Positions 56,720 to 64,000 of a stretch of 64,000 bases of DNA are shown here, piece by piece (positions within the stretch are counted from its first letter, which is position 1; the number at the start of each line of letters is the position of its first letter). The notes under the pieces are model-generated. The model did no database searches. It was not told the origin of the DNA and saw nothing but the letters and a program-made list of their open reading frames with translations. Position numbers and translations under genes: made by a program. Origin of the DNA: the human T2T-CHM13v2.0 reference genome, Homo sapiens; the NCBI RefSeq assembly GCF_009914755.1, contig NC_060931.1; one strand, written 5' to 3'.

Positions 56720-57117
56720 TTGTCCTTGTTCACATAGTTCAGAAAAATCATTCTCTTTTTTCTGGAAATATCACTAAGCCATCTTTCCCAGATTCCCTTG
56801 CAGTTTGGTATGTGACTAAGTCCTTGCCAAACTCAGATTATAATGAAAAGTGATTTGTGTGCCTGGCACATAAAACCCCTCATGGGCTCCTCCAGTTTCT
56901 TTCTATGTCTTCCAGTGGATACTGATGATCATAAGGCTTTAAGGGATAATGGAACCACAGTGTGGAATGGGTCCCTGAATGACCACATGCAGAAGAACCA
57001 ACCCAACCTGAAGACACTCCTGGAACTATTAAGTAAGAAAGAAGTACATTTATTTTGTGTAATGTCACAGAAATGTCTAAATCCATCTGCTAACACAACC
57101 AGGTCTACTCTAATGAG
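56720..57117 (+). mobile_element. MLT1J-like MaLR LTR
   Basis: ttcccagattcccttgcagtt...tgtgactaag...gggtccctgaatgaccacatg. Confidence 0.75.
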
Positions 57118-57324
57118 CGTAATTAGAGTTGAGAAGCGTTCTTAGAATAACTTACAGGACTGTCTTTGGGCCAGTTCTATTTCCGGCACAAGACTCTCCT
57201 GTTTTTCCTTAAGAGGATAATGTATCTATTTGCCAAATATAATAACAAACCTTTTCTATGTTTCAGTCTGAAAATCAGCTGATGACTCATTTTTGGAGCT
57301 TCACATACCCGAGATATTGAACCA

Positions 57325-57468
57325 TTTAATATAACATATATAAAAATTATTATACACATATATTATAATCTATATATTACATATTATTTTTATATTATAT
57401 AATTTATATATAAAATATACATATAAAATGCATATTTATATGTATATACATATACAGAGAGAGAGAGA
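57325..57468. repeat. AT-rich low-complexity tract plus (GA)n
   Basis: Direct reading. Confidence 0.85.
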
Positions 57469-58139
57469 CAATAAGAAAGATCGCAAAATGGAAACTTTCT
57501 CTTGGCAAGTCAAAATGAAAAGTGTAGCAAACTCACATGGGAAAATATACCAAATTCAGTAGGGAAAAAAACTATGTTAAATAGTTTACATGAGAACAGA
57601 AATTCAATTAGAGTTTCTAAATTAATTTCTCTCACTGGTATTTATGTTGAAGCTACAGTCATTCTATTATTTCCTTGTATGCCTTAATTGCAAGATTAGC
57701 AAGTCATTATTCACTCCTATTAAGAGTCTAAAGAGAGGGTGGTCTCTAGTCTTCAGCTGCAAAGATTCTAAATGTACTCATTAGGGAGCTGGAAGTACAT
57801 GCAAAGAACCTAAAGATCCTAGGGGGAGTCGTCACCCCCAGAAGTAACATTCAAAGACTTAAATACGGTCTGTCTCACTGACATTCTCCAACACAGGTCT
57901 CTTATTCTGCTCCTTTCAGTTTCTCACAAAACTGATATCCTCTATTCTGTTGAAACATTACTTCTCCAAGATCAAAGAGGATGGGAGTCCTAAGCATACA
58001 TATTTTCTTCTCAGGTCATCCAAACCCCATTCTTCCTTTTTACAAGAACAAAATTCTTCTCACCAACTTTCTCGAGCTGCTATAGTTTCTGCCTTCTTTA
58101 TGAAGGCTTTACTCTTTCTAGAGATGCCACAGATAAAAA

Positions 58140-59150
58140 CATTCCATACTCAAAACCACAGCATTTCTCTATCCCTCTCCCACTGTATTTACCTAATTCA
58201 TCTACTGACTCTGGTAGAAGATAAATTCACACGTTCTCTTCTCTCACATATCTGTGTATCCCCTCTCAATGCTCACTCACAACTAATGACTTTGATTCCA
58301 ATTCACTGGGAATATACAAGCAATAGGAAAAAGACTTCAATAGTCTTCCACCACCATATTTAACAACTTATCTGTACATGTGTCCATATACTCTGCTTCC
58401 TGCCTTTTGGTACAGATAAACTAATTAAAATGCATATCTCTATTTCAGAAAACTGAAATCATGATTGGGAAGATACAGTAAAGAACGTATCCAGTTGCAG
58501 TGTACGTTACTTGAATTAAAAAAGTATTTGTAAGAACTTTCTTCTCTCCATTTGTATATTAGATTTCAAATTTTCTCACCTAGTCAAGGAAATTACTCCC
58601 ATAATTGACCCTGCTCTTTTATATCATCAGTTTTCCCTTTCTCCTGACCATCCTCATCAGCATATAAATATGCTGTAATTTCTCTCACCTCAGACCTCTT
58701 TACATTGACACATATCCTCTTGTATTCCAGTTACTGACTTGGATCTCTTTTTCCTTTATAAAACATTGCCTCAAAAAGAGCTAACCACACTCTTTCTCTA
58801 ATTTCTCTTGTTATTTGAAACTCAGTACATTCTAGCTTTGCCCAACCTCCCCCACTCAATTAGATCTTTTTGTGTCAAGATGACCAAAGACCCCCAGTAC
58901 TCCCAGCCAATTATCAGGCTTCATTTTACTTGACCTATCCAGAGCATTTGATATTGTCTTTCAACCCATCCCTTACACAATTTATTCACTTGTTTCCTGG
59001 GATGTGGCTATTTTGTTGGCATCCCTGCTACCTCACTAAAACTCCTCAGCATCTTTGGTAGGTGCCTGCTCATCTTCTAACCTCTAACTATTGGCATTTT
59101 CTAGGAATTCTTCAACTTCTTCTCTCTTCTATCTAGAGTCACCCCATGGA
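58140..59150 (+). mobile_element. L2 internal fragments
   Basis: catcctcatcagcatataaatatgctg; tgtcaagatgacca...cattttacttgacctatccagagcatttga. Confidence 0.65.
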
Positions 59151-60009
59151 GGATCCTTGAGCCTTAGAGAAAGGAGAGTTTCTGCCCAGGGTGCTCTGAG
59201 CACTGGAGTCATCTAAGAATTATAGCTGGAATAATAATGTAAAAGTAAAAACAAATAGATGTAAAATAAGTAAAACAGCTTTCACTTTTCAAAACTAGGT
59301 ATTTATATTCTCAAACTTTATTTCCACAGGAAAGCAGATGATTTCAGAACATACTTTGAGTGAAGAAATATAAAATTCCTATTAATTTTTATTTTTATTT
59401 TCTGGCTAAACATAAAGCACCATGTCCTTCTTTAGTAGGGTGTCTTATGTGTAGAATAGAGAGATGGGCCAATTGTAAACCCCACCTTCACCCATGGCAA
59501 TCAATATAGTAGCAATGGTGAAAGAAGTATTGTGGTTATGTAAGAGAATGTAATTATTTTTAGGGAATATATGTTGAAGTATTTAAGGTTACACTATCCT
59601 ACAAAGATGTTTAAATTGTTTAAAATTAGTGAGGAGCAACTAGGTGTCCATTGCATTGTTCTTTCAATTTCTTTATAGATTTGAACATTTTCAGAATGTT
59701 TTAAATGGGAGGGGGCATGTGAGAATAATAAGGATAAAGCAATAGCCTCTACTTTACTGCTTTCCCTCTACCTCTTCCTGGAAAAAATGTAAATAAAACT
59801 GTGACAATTATATTGCTTTCTACTTCAGTCCAACCTCAATGTTGTTATTCTAGGAATTAGTTTACTTTGGCTTTTTTGTCTTCTTTTATAACAATGTGTT
59901 CCTTATTATTTTCACCTATCACTTCTAAGGAAAACCAACATAGAAAACAGAAAATGTCTATTCATTGTGGAAAAAAGAAATGAATCTTTTACTTAAAAGA
60001 CATCTAGGA

Positions 60010-60296
<287 letters not shown>

Positions 60297-60779
60297 CTAC
60301 TCGTGACTCCAGAAACAATATTTAATCTCTTCCCTTGCCGAGTTTTCATTCCTTTGTTTTGTGAGTGGTTTGGGGGAAGTGTGTATCACCGTGAAGTTCA
60401 TGTGTAAAGAAGATACAGTAGTGGGTAGGACTAAGGAAGGAGAAAAAGAAGGTGCTAGAGAAGACTAACATATTAACAAGTATAGTCAGAGGGAAAGTGA
60501 ATGAATTTGACATTTGGTAAGACTATTCATAAGCTTTAGTTTCTAAGACTACATATAGTCTCCTCAGTCATAAGGGTTCTTACTGTCCTAAACTGTTTTA
60601 ATGTTCCTGAGGGAAAGGGGATATTAAAGGTTGTAAAGAGAAAGAGAAGGTAAAAAGATCTTGAGAGTGAAATAATATTGAGTATTGTTTAACAAAAAAA
60701 AAAAAAAAGAAAGAAAGGAGATGACGGTAAAGGATAGGAAAGAAATTCAGTAGTGACATTTTAAATAGTGAACAGTAAA

Positions 60780-61188
60780 AACTAAAACCACAATAACTTC
60801 CTCTTCCTTGGGTTAAAAAGGACTCGGACCAGGCATACTTTCCCATTCCTATTTTAAGTGATACTGAGACTAAGCAAAAATAACCTAATTGGAATGACTG
60901 TTCCTGGAAGTTAAGACCGTGAACCAACCAGGCAGCGTACTTACCAAGACTAACGGCTTACTCATGAAAACTAACTTTGAGGCCCTCACTTTTCTTCATC
61001 CATCTATCCAAAGCAATTCATTATGTCATAAGCTTTTGCTAGACCCAGTTTCCGCCCTTGAAAGATCCATCTTAAAGTGACACGTGATCAGTCCTAAATC
61101 TTATAGAGAAACCTTTCCAAATTTTCCCATTTTGAGACATTGCTACTACAAGTTTGGCAGAGTGATATTCTCCCTTACTACAGTTCAA
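60780..61188 (+). mobile_element. Old ERV1 LTR, MER110/MER90-like
   Basis: ttttgagacattgctac...gtgatattctcccttactacagt near the 3' end. Confidence 0.5.
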
Positions 61189-61254
61189 GTGTGAGAAGTT
61201 GACAGTCAATACATGGAAGGAGTATATTAAAATTGTAGGAGTAGAGATGGCTTA

Positions 61255-61725
<471 letters not shown>

Positions 61726-62299
61726 ATAGTTGGGAGTTTCTAAAAATATACACAGTCCTAATAGTAAAGAAAGCTTGAGACACTTTGAACAGAGAACTGC
61801 AAGAGACAAAATGTTTAGAATCCTTTCTTTCTGCGGAAAGTTGAAAAAATGCTAATTTCTTAAGATTCTGCATTAAAATTCTGTCAAAAGATTTCTCAAG
61901 AGCAGACTATTGGCCCACTTTCTCTTATAACCTCATGAGGTCTTACCATTTCTGAAAAGTGCTGAGGAGTCAACCTAGCACATTTTGGGGAAGTGAAGAA
62001 ATACTTTAGTGGGACTCTCCAGGGTTCTTCCATCACCCTCCCTCTTCCGCCAGCTGCAGGGGCATTTTGCACACTGCAATTATCCCATTAACTCAACATC
62101 AAAACCTCTGAGATCATCATCTTCATACAAGGTGGAAGTCAGGATCCCAAAATATTAAATAGTTCATGGTTATTTTATATTAATGAAGGAATACCCTAAT
62201 GAACAGCTAATAGTCAAGTCTTTATTTGCCAGTAACTGTAATACTAAAATATATTTTTAAACTATTACTTTTTTCTTTAAAGCGTAACTCCTAGATTCA

Positions 62300-62850
62300 A
62301 TACTAACTTCTACCAGTGAAGAATGTTAGTTATTTTCAAATATCCAAGAAGTACTTTTAAATGTTATTCACAACGTAAGCTACAAGAAACATATTCCCAA
62401 ATTGGAAATTAAGTCGATTATACTTTCTGATCATAATTTAATGAAACTAGCAATCAATAGCAGAATCACACAAACACACACACACACACCCCATGCAAAC
62501 TGGAAACCTGAAAAACAAAAAGAAAAAAAAACTAATGAGTTGGAAAAATACAAATACAAACATAGATCATTTAGAATATAATTAAGATAAAACAGTATAC
62601 ATAAAAATTAATAAATGCAACTAAGTGTGTACTCAAAGGAAAGCTTAAAACTATTTATAGTATTTGAAAGAAAAAGTATTGAGGAAATTTACTAAGCATT
62701 TAATTCAAAATAAGAAGAAACATGAAATAAAGGAATAAGCATAAATTAATGTACTAAAACTTTAAGAAGCAATACAATGGATAAACACATAGATTAGTCA
62801 GATTAGTTCTTTGAAGAAACTGAAATAAGGAAGATCTCTGACAACCTAAC
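62300..62850 (+). mobile_element. L1ME ORF2 (endonuclease/linker) remnant
   Basis: ttctgatcataat...aaactagcaatcaata...aatgcaactaag...ttagttctttgaa. Confidence 0.6.
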
Positions 62851-63170
62851 CATATCCACAATTACACCTCCAGACCTTGGTCTCTCATAACAGCCTTGAA
62901 GTAACTAAGAACATTGGAAGAAAGAGAAAGAGAACTCTGAAAGAATGTTTCCTTCAAGACTCCCCAATACTGAGAGAAAAAAAGGAAAAAAAAGGAATAT
63001 TTAGTCTCTAATTAGGTTCAGTAATAAATTTGTCTTTTCACTTTGAAGCAAGTTATCTAAATCGTGTATGTGTAACCTGAATAAAATCCTTCACAAAACT
63101 CTCACTTTTCCAACTGTTAAATTACTGTCTTCTTTCCCAATCCTTATTGCTCTCTCCATCTTTCAAGACA

Positions 63171-63173
<3 letters not shown>

Positions 63174-63212
<39 letters not shown>
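63174..63212. repeat. (TA)n microsatellite
   Basis: Direct reading. Confidence 0.95.
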
Positions 63213-63217
<5 letters not shown>

Positions 63218-63219
63218 CT

Positions 63220-64000
63220 TCTATAAATTAAAAAAAGTGCTACAAATTCAAAAGGTGACAATGCATGGATAATGAAAAGCAAATATCCCCACTACCATTG
63301 TCCCCAGCCACCCAAATTCTCTTTGCAGAAGAAACCAGGATTTCCAGTTTCTTGAATATATTTCCGTAGATATTTTATGCATACACAATTATATTCCTTT
63401 TTTATATGAGTAGTATAATTACCTGTTAGGTAGCAAACTTTTAGGCTTTTTTTTTTAACATTTTAAAACATAGTTGTCTCATTTAATCCGAAAAAAACAA
63501 AAGTTGCATTGTATGCAATTTCTATTGTGTAGTGACTGTACCATAGTGTATTTTAAGTAGACAACATGAGGGTTATTTCTGCTTTCAATGTTTGCTATTA
63601 CAAAGCTCCAATTAATATGGATGAATCTAAAGCATGTTGCTATCAAGTGAGAACAAATGTAACAAATTCCTAGATATGTAATTGCTGGTTATGGTTATAA
63701 ACGTTATTTTATTGTTGGTGAAGTTTTCTCTACTGAGGATGCACAGATAGAAGAGTTCCTGCTTTTCAAAACCTCTGTTAACACCTTTGCTTTTTGATCT
63801 TTGCCAACCTAAGTGAAAAATATTATTTCCCTTTAGTTTTAATTTGCATTTATCCTTATTACCAGTACAGCTATACTAAGTTTACAAGACATTTGAATTT
63901 ATGTTTCTCTAAACTCTGTGTCATTATTTTTTTGGGTTTTAGGTCCTATGCTAATTAATTCACAAAATCATATATATTAAAGTAATTTGTTTGTGATAGG
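63220..64000 (-). mobile_element. L1ME 3' region remnant
   Basis: aattcctag...aattgctgg; tttagttttaatttgcattt; tttctctaaactctg. Confidence 0.6.

Noticed and set aside
57950-58363. 137-aa plus-strand ORF (and similar 100-110 aa ORFs at 14790, 34838, 60598)
   Set aside because: Non-ATG starts or low-complexity composition, partly overlapping L2/MER remnants, with no domain similarity.

Overview
Primate, almost certainly human, genomic DNA (it contains an AluYa5). It is AT-rich, repeat-dense and looks intergenic or intronic. I find no supportable protein-coding exon, RNA gene or CpG-island promoter. Every ORF over ~100 aa that I can place comes from a transposon (L1 ORF2 or 3' UTR, Tigger1 transposase, Alu, LTR); the rest resemble no protein I recognise. 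The window is a layered fossil record. It holds an ERV-L pol remnant split by a MER11 solo LTR (6-bp TSD intact), a decayed C2H2 zinc-finger pseudogene, an ancient CR1/L3 reverse-transcriptase fragment, and a four-level L1/Tigger1/L1/Alu nest. It also holds two clear twin-primed (5'-inverted) L1s, one an L1PA2 whose inversion junction stays in frame on both strands, plus a chimeric Alu, a trimeric Alu and a 74-bp inverted templated duplication. Several repeat-poor stretches look like conserved enhancers, but this is unverified. I do not see a demonstrable new biological system. The best candidates for something undescribed are the L1PA2 junction ORFs, the inverted templated insertion, the orphan ZNF remnant, the CR1 fossil and the CpG-retaining island near 12.9 kb. 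Repeat family names come from recalled consensus sequences, not a database search, and boundaries of old elements are approximate.
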